Sequence record: MN047793.1
Direction: 5' to 3' (one strand)
Length of the DNA: 64,000 nucleotides
This document shows positions 53,328-62,452 of the stretch, piece after piece. A model generated the notes under the pieces. That model was not told the DNA's origin and did no database searches. It saw nothing but the letters and a program-made list of their open reading frames with translations. Made by a program: the position numbers and the translations under genes. Position 1 is the first letter of the stretch; each line of letters starts with the position of its first letter.

Positions 53328-53543
53328 TTTACAAGGGGTTCTCTCTCAAAATGAGAACCCCTTTTCACTGAAAGACATTTTTTCTCCAAAAAGTTCGAAA
53401 AAGTGTTGACAAGACAAAACTAAAGACTTATAGTTTCTCCACCGTAAGGTTTCGGGGAAACACAATAGTTTCCTCCGGATTGTAAATCGGAGTTTTAGGT
53501 CCATTCTTGTAACACTTTCTAACTAGCCCTTTGGAGTATCAAA

Positions 53544-53954
53544 ATGAACAAGCAGTACAACATTAAGTCCATCCCCCAGACCCTAACCCACATCCCGGCG
53601 AAGACTCGTACTGTTACGACCCCTCCGCTGGAAGCCAAGATGAAGTCGATGAAGGTCAACGAATCCTTCATGCTTGAAGGCGCTGAAATGAAGTCCGCCG
53701 CACCGAATTGCTATGCAACTGCACGTCGATTGGGGATCAAGGTCACTCTGCGTCAACTTGATGATGGTGTTGGTGTGTGGCGCGTCCGTAACGCAACCCC
53801 ACGTACCGAACTGGAAGAACGTAAGGAAGAAACTGCAACTCCTTCCCGTCGTGGTCGCCCTCTGGGCAGCAAGAACAAGCCGAAAGAGGCTGTTCAAGCT
53901 ACTACCGGTCGCCGTACCCGCCAGACCCAGCATCAGCAAGTGGCAAACGCCTAA
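53544..53954 (+). CDS. Putative DNA-binding protein with AT-hook
   Basis: ESF..A.R.G.K..LR...GVGVWR domain plus RRGRPLGSKNKPK; GGAG RBS; terminator at ~53983-54013. Confidence 0.7.
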   Translation: MNKQYNIKSIPQTLTHIPAKTRTVTTPPLEAKMKSMKVNESFMLEGAEMKSAAPNCYATARRLGIKVTLRQLDDGVGVWRVRNATPRTELEERKEETATPSRRGRPLGSKNKPKEAVQATTGRRTRQTQHQQVANA

Positions 53955-54128
53955 TCCAATCGTAAAACCTATCTCCGACTTAGAAAGCCCCGGTCTAGCC
54001 CACCGGGGCTTTCGTTTGTGTGCCTTTGGTGAAGCAAATATTAGGGTAGTGTGAGGGACTTGTCAAGAACTTTTTTCTATTGACATGTACGATTTGTTGG
54101 ATTATAATTATTCAAATACAAGATTAGG

Positions 54129-54509
54129 ATGAACCCCATGCCTCGCAAGAATTCCAAGACTAAGCAACCCAAGCCGTTTATCGAGAACTGGAGCGTCGCC
54201 ATTCAACACCTCCATGGGCCGCACGACGCTGAAGAATTGATTCCCACCGTGGACGACTCTCCCGTAGACCCCATGCCTCCTGAACCTCAAGCAGAAGAAC
54301 TGCCAGCAGTATTCACCGAAGCACAGGAAGAGCGGATTCGTGCAATTATCCGCGAAGAGATTACGGAAAAACTGTCGATTTCTGATAGCTCTTTCTCTGG
54401 CTACTACGGGGAGAATGGTGTCAACCTTTCGTTGAATTATGGGGAAAGCTATCGCTATGGTGAATATCAAACTCTCTCTTCCATTTCCATTAACATCCCC
54501 AAGGGCTAA
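54129..54509 (+). CDS. Hypothetical protein
   Basis: 126-aa ORF. Confidence 0.65.
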   Translation: MNPMPRKNSKTKQPKPFIENWSVAIQHLHGPHDAEELIPTVDDSPVDPMPPEPQAEELPAVFTEAQEERIRAIIREEITEKLSISDSSFSGYYGENGVNLSLNYGESYRYGEYQTLSSISINIPKG

Positions 54510-54515
54510 TCCTCC

Positions 54516-55103
54516 ATGATTCCATACATCAATACCCATCTGAGTCTGCCTGACCAGCCCGAACTGCTCCAGCAGCCACATCGCTACCTTGTTGCTCTAA
54601 CCGAGAATGCCACGAACAAGTCAGCGTCCCGTGTCATCATCTATGGTCAACACGCACAACAGGGGGTACATGCCCTGGTGAAGGAGATGGTGGCCGAGAT
54701 TAACCCAGAATATAAGAGTGCTGAACTCTCTCGTGGGACCTTGGATTGGTTCTTGGATGATGCCTTCCTTTACCCTGAGCGCTATGAGTGGCGTGATAAC
54801 GATGATAGACCCGAGAATCGAAGGGACAATTTCGATGGCTTTGACTCCTTCAGTCTAAATGAGTCAGTGCTGGTGCTGACAGATAAATCATTGATTCGTT
54901 TCAAGATGCGAGGCTTCTGTAAGTGGTCCTATGCAGAATTCACTCTCATTATCACGGATATGGGAGAATTCCTGGTGGACTGGTTAGAACAGAAAAATAT
55001 CCAGAATACACGTGAGTGGACCGAGGCAGCTATTGCTAAGGTGGAAGCACACTCAACCAAGGTGATTGCCGAACTGAAGAAGTTTCATGCCACGCTAAAA
55101 TAA
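54516..55103 (+). CDS. Hypothetical protein
   Basis: 195-aa ORF. Confidence 0.7.
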   Translation: MIPYINTHLSLPDQPELLQQPHRYLVALTENATNKSASRVIIYGQHAQQGVHALVKEMVAEINPEYKSAELSRGTLDWFLDDAFLYPERYEWRDNDDRPENRRDNFDGFDSFSLNESVLVLTDKSLIRFKMRGFCKWSYAEFTLIITDMGEFLVDWLEQKNIQNTREWTEAAIAKVEAHSTKVIAELKKFHATLK

Positions 55104-55129
55104 ATAAGCTTCACAGACAGGAATTATCT

Positions 55130-55492
55130 ATGAAGCTTGACCTATTTAACAAATGGCGTGACATCACTAAGTGGGACGGATTGACCTTGCAGTCTCAGTC
55201 AGTACGAAAGGGTGACGTATATGCCACCTACATCCGTGACAAAGACAGCAAGGCCAATATCACCTTTGCAATCAGTCGTGAGTCAAAGGAACAATCACTA
55301 GAACGTGCTATCGCTAAGCTACGTCAAATCGGCACCGATGGCGTTCGTAAGGCTATCCAGACTGGTCAGATGGTTCTACCTCGTGACGAACTGGCTCCAG
55401 CAAACGAGAAGGATGTTCAATGGCGTGATGGTGCAAACCACAGCCATCGTGCCCAGCGTGACATTGTAGACCGTGAACGCGGTTACAATTAA
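55130..55492 (+). CDS. Hypothetical protein
   Basis: AGGA RBS, 120 aa. Confidence 0.7.
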   Translation: MKLDLFNKWRDITKWDGLTLQSQSVRKGDVYATYIRDKDSKANITFAISRESKEQSLERAIAKLRQIGTDGVRKAIQTGQMVLPRDELAPANEKDVQWRDGANHSHRAQRDIVDRERGYN

Positions 55493-55575
55493 AAGATAAA
55501 AATACGTTTTAACAGTTGACTCCGGGTGAAGTTGTCCCTATAATTTAGGCACACCAACCAACCCGGAGCATCAAC

Positions 55576-56175
55576 ATGACCACTTCTGGTCGTATTGCCG
55601 TCCTGATTGCAGCCTTGGCCGCAGCTTCTTGTTCTTTCTTACACAAGAAATCACAGGATGAAGTTATCGATATCTCTCACATCAAGCCCATCACGGAAGT
55701 CATTTTGGTCGATGCCAGTGACTTTCTCGTCAAGATCGACCCGGTTGAGTACGATTGCATGCGTACCAACATGTACTACGAAGCCCGTAACCAACGTACT
55801 GACACTGCTTACATCGCAGTTGGCTATACCGTGTTGAATCGCACTGCATCCAAGCGGTATCCCAACACCGTATGTGGTGTGGTGACCCAAGCACGTCGTG
55901 ACATCAAGGGCAACCCGATTCGTCATAAGTGCCAATTCTCGTGGTATTGCGATGGCAAGTCGAACAAGCCCAGGCTGGACAATGTGATTGAACAGCGCGC
56001 GTGGGACCGAGCTAGCCTACTTGCCCTCAAAGTAATGAGGAAAGAAGTTGACAATCCGATTGGGTCAGCTACAATGTATCACGCTAATTATGTAAAACCA
56101 TTTTGGAAGGATTCGTACCGGCAAGTTGCAGTGATTGAATCCCACATCTTCTATACCAAACCTACAAAGGCATAA
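55576..56175 (+). CDS. Cell wall hydrolase, SleB/Hydrolase_2 family
   Basis: C...NMYYEARNQ, AVGYTVLNR, YPNTVCGVV.Q, CQFSWYCDGK, ATMYHANYV.P.W. Confidence 0.9.
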   Translation: MTTSGRIAVLIAALAAASCSFLHKKSQDEVIDISHIKPITEVILVDASDFLVKIDPVEYDCMRTNMYYEARNQRTDTAYIAVGYTVLNRTASKRYPNTVCGVVTQARRDIKGNPIRHKCQFSWYCDGKSNKPRLDNVIEQRAWDRASLLALKVMRKEVDNPIGSATMYHANYVKPFWKDSYRQVAVIESHIFYTKPTKA

Positions 56176-56179
56176 GGCC

Positions 56180-56647
56180 ATGCAATTCAATTCTAATTCG
56201 TGGTTCTTTCGTACGTATCTGCGCAATTACATGCTTCCATGTACCGTATGCGAATTGCTGACTACCACCTTTCGCGCTACTGCTAGGTATGCAGCCGTAA
56301 TTTGGTTCATAACCCTGCTGGTGCTATCACCAATCATGGTAGGTTTAATAATTTTTGAAGTCCCTATGGCAGTGGGCTTTCCCCCAATACTGAAAACAGT
56401 ATTCACCGGGATTGGTTTTCTTGAAGCATTATTTGGTATAGCTTTCGTAGTAGGTTACTTATTTCTGAAAATTGAAGCTTATATTGTGGAAAAGACTTGC
56501 GATAGTTGGACCGACTGGGGATACGTGCCTAAAGCTAGGACTCCTGGCAAAGTATATAACTTCTTTCTTACCCTGAAGAACCTGACCAAAGCGGTATATG
56601 CCCGTGTCAAGGACAAGACTTGCGTCATGATTGAGTACAAGGATTAA
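56180..56647 (+). CDS. Two-TM membrane protein
   Basis: Two hydrophobic helices. Confidence 0.65.
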   Translation: MQFNSNSWFFRTYLRNYMLPCTVCELLTTTFRATARYAAVIWFITLLVLSPIMVGLIIFEVPMAVGFPPILKTVFTGIGFLEALFGIAFVVGYLFLKIEAYIVEKTCDSWTDWGYVPKARTPGKVYNFFLTLKNLTKAVYARVKDKTCVMIEYKD

Positions 56648-56737
56648 AAAAGTTTTGACAAATCCTTGACAGAATCGAATTCAAGTAGTAATCTACAACC
56701 TCTCCCAACAACATCAACAACAAACGGTAATCACAAT

Positions 56738-57067
56738 ATGAATCTTGTCCGTTATGCACATGTCCAGAAGCCTCGTCTTCGCTATACCGTCGCCTACAAC
56801 TTCAAGCGTGAAGGTGACAAACTCGAAATCAACTATGGTATCGCCCAGTGTAGTAAGGAAGATACTTTCACTCGCGCTGAGGGTCGTAATGTCGCCGAGG
56901 AGCGCCTACGCATCGCTAGTTCGGCTAGCCAGAGTACCAGTGCTAGTACCCCCGCGCTTCGCCTCGGAACGCTTGTGGTGAAGGATACGGACGGTCTGAA
57001 CGTCTCTAAGACCATCCGTGAGCACTTCGAAGCACAGCGTAAGGCTGTTCTTAACAACTCCAAGTAA
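56738..57067 (+). CDS. Conserved phage hypothetical protein
   Basis: YTVAY..YGIAQCS.ED.F.R.EGR.VA..R. Confidence 0.7.
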   Translation: MNLVRYAHVQKPRLRYTVAYNFKREGDKLEINYGIAQCSKEDTFTRAEGRNVAEERLRIASSASQSTSASTPALRLGTLVVKDTDGLNVSKTIREHFEAQRKAVLNNSK

Positions 57068-57158
57068 TACTAACAACCCGGTGTCGTGATATGGCTTCCT
57101 GCACGACACCGGGCCTCCTGTTAGGAAGCCACTATTTTATTACTTGGATTTACTTTAA

Positions 57159-57353
57159 ATGATTAAGAAAGAACTGATCTTTACATACCACAGTGATGGT
57201 ACTTACTTCTCATTCGCTCCCTTCAAGAGCGTTTATGATCGTCAAGCTAGGAAGCAGCGTTATCAGCTTGATATGTACCGTGATCTTGTAGCCGAACGTG
57301 ATTCTGCGTCGGTTTTCATTCTGGATAACACCGGGCACGAACTAGCTAAATAA
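57159..57353 (+). CDS. Hypothetical protein
   Basis: 64-aa ORF. Confidence 0.55.
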   Translation: MIKKELIFTYHSDGTYFSFAPFKSVYDRQARKQRYQLDMYRDLVAERDSASVFILDNTGHELAK

Positions 57354-57378
57354 GATTCCCATCCCCAAGAGAGGAATC

Positions 57379-57576
57379 ATGAATACTTTTCGTACGACGC
57401 TACTAGAAACCTTCGGAATCGAACACGACTTCACTGCAATTGGTCATACGGACATTAAGCTCCAACACTTAAATGCCGAGGAACCTTTTGGTGAAATTGT
57501 AACAAATGACAAAGGCAAGACTACATTGCGAGTAGGGCACGTTCTGTCAAACGGCCCCACACTTACTATCAAGTAA
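57379..57576 (+). CDS. Hypothetical protein
   Basis: GAGGA RBS. Confidence 0.6.
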   Translation: MNTFRTTLLETFGIEHDFTAIGHTDIKLQHLNAEEPFGEIVTNDKGKTTLRVGHVLSNGPTLTIK

Positions 57577-57581
57577 ATCGG

Positions 57582-58436
57582 TTAATTTGATGTGGCAAGG
57601 CGGTGAAAATCCTTCACCGCCTTTTTCCATTTTAGTGGATTATTACGGTATAAGGATTTGAAGAACCGACTATGAAAGTTCGGCTTATACTTCAAAAATC
57701 CTTCAGGCATTGGTGCTACTGGATTCAAGAATGCTCGCATCAGTGCAGTAGCCTGTTCAGGCGATACTTCTTGACGTTTACGCACAGCAGCCAATGTTCG
57801 CTTGAAATCTCCAACCGCTGTGGTAATCTGGGGCTGGAATTCAATCTGTGAATTTAGATACGTATCTTCATCGTCATCAGCCTTTGGCATTGCCATCTGA
57901 CTCGGATGAAACTTGCGGAGTACGACATCTTGTGTTGCGTGTTGCATTTCGTGGGAAATCATGTTCTCTAATTCTTTTAAATCATGGGCGATAGATTGTG
58001 CATCTCCAGGGTTATCAGTGATACCGGGAACTGCATTAAGATTGACGAATATACTGGCTGAACTGCCTCGACTCATCTGGTAATATTCTGCCCCATTCTT
58101 TGTGTTCGTTGCGTGAGCATCTACCACAATCTTGATAGGATAACTTTTCTGAAGTCTTACTGTCTTCTTGCGATAGTTATCTGGTAATTCAGATGGATTG
58201 TATGATACAGTGCCTTGAATGGTATCACTATCATACACCTTGAACGTCCCATACTTCTGTCTAGCAGCCTTCAGAGCTTGTGTGAATTCCTTGCTCGGTT
58301 GCTCACCACTCTCTCGCATCAATCTCGAAATGTAACTAAAGTATCCACATGCCACAATGTTCATGGCCTGTTGAACTGCTGAAGTAGGTACAGCAATGCG
58401 AAATTCTAAAAGATATTGGGAGAAGGTCTGTTTCAT
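57582..58436 (-). CDS. HExxH protein, possible late/internal head protein
   Basis: SHEMQH motif; N-terminus MKQTFSQYLLE; CATAAATA upstream. Confidence 0.7.
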   Translation of the reverse strand: MKQTFSQYLLEFRIAVPTSAVQQAMNIVACGYFSYISRLMRESGEQPSKEFTQALKAARQKYGTFKVYDSDTIQGTVSYNPSELPDNYRKKTVRLQKSYPIKIVVDAHATNTKNGAEYYQMSRGSSASIFVNLNAVPGITDNPGDAQSIAHDLKELENMISHEMQHATQDVVLRKFHPSQMAMPKADDDEDTYLNSQIEFQPQITTAVGDFKRTLAAVRKRQEVSPEQATALMRAFLNPVAPMPEGFLKYKPNFHSRFFKSLYRNNPLKWKKAVKDFHRLATSN

Positions 58437-58451
58437 CCCAATATTTATGGG

Positions 58452-58502
58452 ATACATCCCCGTCCTGCCATCCATTTTACACTATAATTTATACAAATGC
58501 AA
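58452..58502 (-). repeat. Promoter/mini-RNA module copy 8
   Basis: Reverse strand TTGCAT-17-TAAAAT GGATGGC AGGACGGGGATG. Confidence 0.8.
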
Positions 58503-58634
58503 TAGACAGAAGCTAACCAGGGCAGGTTGCAATAGGAACCGTTGAGTGTATAGTGGGTAGTAAGTAGTTTATGACGCCCATAAAAAAGTCCCCCAGACCA
58601 CAAGGGACTAGGGGGACAACGCACTGCTACTGTC

Positions 58635-59357
58635 TTACTGTGTCAGGAACGCTGTGGGGTTCACCAGCGACCCATTGCGCCGTACCTCTACGTGTACGTG
58701 CACACCTGTTGCTACACCGGTCCTACCGGCTTTAGCAATTACCGTTCCTGTGTCCACCACGTCTCCCACCTTCACAAGGATGGCAGAATGGTGTGCAAGA
58801 AGAGAAGTGTAACCGTTCTCATGATCGATTTCAACAACCATTCCGTAACCGTTACGGAATCCTGCGAACACGACAACTCCAGCGGCTGGAGCCATCACTG
58901 GGGTTCCAAGCTTCGCTGCTAGATCAATTCCATCATGGTGACGGACTCTGCCACGTACAGGGTGCTTCCTGTATCCAAATGCAGAAGTAATCATGCCGGT
59001 GATTAAAGGGATGCGGGAAGAGGCTTGTGATGGATCATCACCCAGAATATTCTCTGGCTTCCTAATGAATGTGGCTAGAGAGTTTTCTTCTAGCTTTGGC
59101 AAATTACAATTGAATTCCCTTGGGGGAAGTTTCTTCGGGAGTTTAAATAAATCACTCACTGTAAAATGCGGACTACCCGTAAATACATATGGTGATGATG
59201 TTGCTGTTGCTGTTGCGGCAATCGCATTAACGTTATCTTGTGCTTTCGCTTCGTTAAATGCGCTTCCAATAAACGTCATGGTTATTGAAAGGAATATCGC
59301 TGCTGCCTTCTTACTTACGGAACGATGTTGCTGTTCCTTGGTTAATATTTCATGCAT
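58635..59357 (-). CDS. M23-family peptidoglycan endopeptidase with N-terminal TM/signal
   Basis: HDGIDLA, GYGMVVEIDH, HHS, TGVHVHVEV (HxxxD, HxH). Confidence 0.9.
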   Translation of the reverse strand: MHEILTKEQQHRSVSKKAAAIFLSITMTFIGSAFNEAKAQDNVNAIAATATATSSPYVFTGSPHFTVSDLFKLPKKLPPREFNCNLPKLEENSLATFIRKPENILGDDPSQASSRIPLITGMITSAFGYRKHPVRGRVRHHDGIDLAAKLGTPVMAPAAGVVVFAGFRNGYGMVVEIDHENGYTSLLAHHSAILVKVGDVVDTGTVIAKAGRTGVATGVHVHVEVRRNGSLVNPTAFLTQ

Positions 59358-59654
59358 AGAGTTTCCTTAATAATCTAAGCCTTGCGGGGCTTATAATTTT
59401 TCCTCATAAAGTAGATATTTAGTAACAAAGAAAGAAGGCCTAGTGTATCATCACTAAGCCTTCATTACAACTTCATGTCATATTTTAAGTGTATTAGCTA
59501 AGCCAGCCCTTCAAATGCTGACGCTCACTATTACTGAGTTCCCGTTGCAGAAACCCTTCAAGCTCAAACAGGGTGGTCATTTGCGCCACTTCTTGAGTCT
59601 CAGATTGACTCAATTCTTTCCCCAACATGCCTTCAACGATAAAAGGTAAATCAT

Positions 59655-60080
59655 TCATAAAACCATGTCCTCAGTCTTATACGAATATGCGCTTTCGTTA
59701 CCATCAAACTCTTCAAACGCGACCAAATATCCAGGCCGTCCCCACTGTACACACAATTCATGCGCAGACCAATAAGCATCCGGCCACTTAGTATTGGCGT
59801 AGTTAATGATTTCAATATAACGACGCTTCAATTCCGGGTGCTTAGCAGAATCCCAATTACGCTTTTCCGCATGTGCCAATACATCTTCATTGGCTTTAAT
59901 CCAATCCCATACGTTTAACACCATCCTAATCAAGGTGGGGTCTGTTCCGCAATCTGGATACGTATCACCATTTTGACTAAACCAGCCAACTCCATAGCCA
60001 GGGGATACAATGTATCCCACTTCACCCTTGTCATTATAATATCGATTAGTCTGCCGTGGAAGATTCATCAGTGATTCCAT
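59655..60080 (-). CDS. Conserved phage hypothetical protein
   Basis: SPGYG.GWFS..EFDGNES. Confidence 0.7.
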   Translation of the reverse strand: MESLMNLPRQTNRYYNDKGEVGYIVSPGYGVGWFSQNGDTYPDCGTDPTLIRMVLNVWDWIKANEDVLAHAEKRNWDSAKHPELKRRYIEIINYANTKWPDAYWSAHELCVQWGRPGYLVAFEEFDGNESAYSYKTEDMVL

Positions 60081-61215
60081 AAAGCTTATAGTTCTTAATC
60101 AAATGTTCCTTCAGGCCCATATCACGACCAATATACAGGTTCATCGCCAGAGAGAATACACCATCTGCCTTAAGCACTTCCTGTCCCTTGATTGCATAAT
60201 CCTTACGAGACAGCCCAGCATTTTCATTGTAGAATTCTTCCACCACACGATGCAGTCGGTTATACAGGGTCCGCCCCTTTTCTTCCATCTGTTCGATACG
60301 CAGAATTGCCAGCGGGTCCGCCACAAACAGCGCCTTGAGGTCATCCGACTGTTCCATGATGACAGACTCAAACAGACGACGCGGGTTGTTAATCTGGTCC
60401 TTTTGCAGATGCAGATTGGAATACCAGTTAGTCTTAAGCTTTACCTTGAGACCATTCTGGAAAGTGAACACATATCCTTCGATACCCGTCATCTCCCGCA
60501 CTTCCTCCACAAACGCTTCCATGTCGGCCGGCAGCGGATGTTCCTTACGCGTGAACCATTCCGGGAAGCCAGACGTTGCAAGGTCCACATATTCGCCAGT
60601 ACCATTGTGACGAATGTTCAGAACGCGAAGCGTCGGCTTGGAATATCCGATAACAATCTGGTTATCCGGAGCCATGTATTCCATGTTGACAGTGCAGCCA
60701 AGGTCCACATAGCCAGCAACCAACTTCTGAAATTCCCAATACTCTTCAGTCTCGATAAGAGCCTGTGCCGCAACTGCCTGAGCAGACGACAGAGAAGTCT
60801 TAGACTTCAGAATGAAACTGCGACCAGCATTGACAGCCTGACGCGGCAATGCCACCGTTGAGATAAGCGAACCGTCCAGCTTGTCTTCAATGGAAACCAC
60901 CTTGGTCCAATCAAGGTCCATGGTGAACGGGTTCTCACCCACATTGAAAAACTTCTGCATCGGCAGCGAAACCAGAATCGGCTCTACCTGTGCATAGCCA
61001 CCATTCTCAGAAACTGCCACGGTGTCCGTATCATTATACGGAAGCAGGAAGGTATGACCACGGCATTCCAATGCACCCGGCTTCAGGAATTCGGTGTAAG
61101 ACGCAAGACGATACGTGAACACGCGAAACGTCCGGCCATAGCGAACATGGTCCACAAAATAGAACGCATCAGTGTCTGCACACAAGGCCATCAGTTGGGA
61201 GTAAAGGTTACGCAT
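60046..61215 (-). CDS. rnlA: RNA ligase, T4 RnlA (Rnl1) family
   Basis: Y.LAS..F..GALECRG, MQKFFNVGE, KLDGSLIS, EGYV, KLKT.WY.H. Confidence 0.9.
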   Translation of the reverse strand: MRNLYSQLMALCADTDAFYFVDHVRYGRTFRVFTYRLASYTEFLKPGALECRGHTFLLPYNDTDTVAVSENGGYAQVEPILVSLPMQKFFNVGENPFTMDLDWTKVVSIEDKLDGSLISTVALPRQAVNAGRSFILKSKTSLSSAQAVAAQALIETEEYWEFQKLVAGYVDLGCTVNMEYMAPDNQIVIGYSKPTLRVLNIRHNGTGEYVDLATSGFPEWFTRKEHPLPADMEAFVEEVREMTGIEGYVFTFQNGLKVKLKTNWYSNLHLQKDQINNPRRLFESVIMEQSDDLKALFVADPLAILRIEQMEEKGRTLYNRLHRVVEEFYNENAGLSRKDYAIKGQEVLKADGVFSLAMNLYIGRDMGLKEHLIKNYKLYGITDESSTAD

Positions 61216-61314
61216 ATAAGTTCTTCCTGTCATTTGATGGATAAATTATAGAACAAAAAATGGGCCGTGTCAATAAGACACAGCCCATGAAGTACAACAA
61301 ATTGGGATTTTGTA

Positions 61315-62394
61315 TTACTTGACGTGGGTGTACGTCTCACCATCACGAATACGTGCTACGGTGCGAGCACTTGTGCCAATTGCACGAGCAATCGATGCAA
61401 GCGGCCACTCTTCAGCCAACATGCCGCGAATATCACGCACTTGCTGGTCGGTCAGTGACAAGCCGGCAACATATGAAGTCTTCAGCGTCGGAGCAGAAAC
61501 GGGAGGTGCTGACGTAGCCAACGGGGCCGGGGCAACAATACCGAACGTATTCGAAAGAATCTGAACTACTTCTTCTTCACTTAGCTCGATGTCGTCGTTA
61601 TCATCATCTTCATCTAATTCGTCATCATCCTGAGCAACGGATTGACCATATGAAGAGGTATAGCCAGACTTGATATCTTCCAGTGGCTGTAGGGTATCGG
61701 TCAGACTGAGTTCGTCAACTACCTCATAGCGCCAGCAGCGGCCCTTGGCATCATTGTAGTCGGCAGGAATCGACACGACATCAGCCGGGTTAATCTTGAC
61801 TACGACGATACGTTCACCACCAAAGTGAGCCAGATACGACTTCGAACAGAAGTGCAGACCCGCAGAACAGGTGCGGTTACGGTCATCGTCAACAGCATTT
61901 CGCGGCATTTCGCAAATCTTGCCAACGCTGTTATCGAACGTACCGCTATGCACGTCGGTGTAGTCACTACGAACACGCTTGTACGCCAGGAAGTGACCAT
62001 CATCCGTAATCGGAAGGTCGCACTTGCTCAGGAAGCTATACAGTTCGTCCACTGCACGCTTGGACGGATTCTGCATCAGGTTCTCTAGGAACGTCAGCAG
62101 CGGAGCCACGTTGCCAGCTTCTTCCAATACTGCCAGAATGCGGTCGGTTAGAGCGCCATGAATCGGACGACCGTTGTACATGAGGCGTGAGCCTTCAAGG
62201 GTAACCAGACCCTGAGACACCTTGACGATTTCCTTACGGATTTCTACAGCACTACGGACGGCTTCAATGTCGCCAGCAGTGATTGCAGTAATCACTAGGT
62301 CGTACTGCGGAGTATTTGATGGAATAATATAATCGGTACCGTCAATAAAGACGGTCACGTTCTGTGACGATTTAATATGTGGGATATGCGGCAT
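61315..62394 (-). CDS. rIIB: rIIB-like protein with C-terminal HTH
   Basis: DGHFLAYKRV, FDNSVG..MPR..VDDD..TCS.GLH, NPADVVSIP.DY..KGRC..YEV. Confidence 0.9.
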   Translation of the reverse strand: MPHIPHIKSSQNVTVFIDGTDYIIPSNTPQYDLVITAITAGDIEAVRSAVEIRKEIVKVSQGLVTLEGSRLMYNGRPIHGALTDRILAVLEEAGNVAPLLTFLENLMQNPSKRAVDELYSFLSKCDLPITDDGHFLAYKRVRSDYTDVHSGTFDNSVGKICEMPRNAVDDDRNRTCSAGLHFCSKSYLAHFGGERIVVVKINPADVVSIPADYNDAKGRCWRYEVVDELSLTDTLQPLEDIKSGYTSSYGQSVAQDDDELDEDDDNDDIELSEEEVVQILSNTFGIVAPAPLATSAPPVSAPTLKTSYVAGLSLTDQQVRDIRGMLAEEWPLASIARAIGTSARTVARIRDGETYTHVK

Positions 62395-62452
62395 TGAAAC
62401 TTCCTTTATAAGTTGAAAGAATTATACAGAGTTATTTGTGTTACGTCAACAA

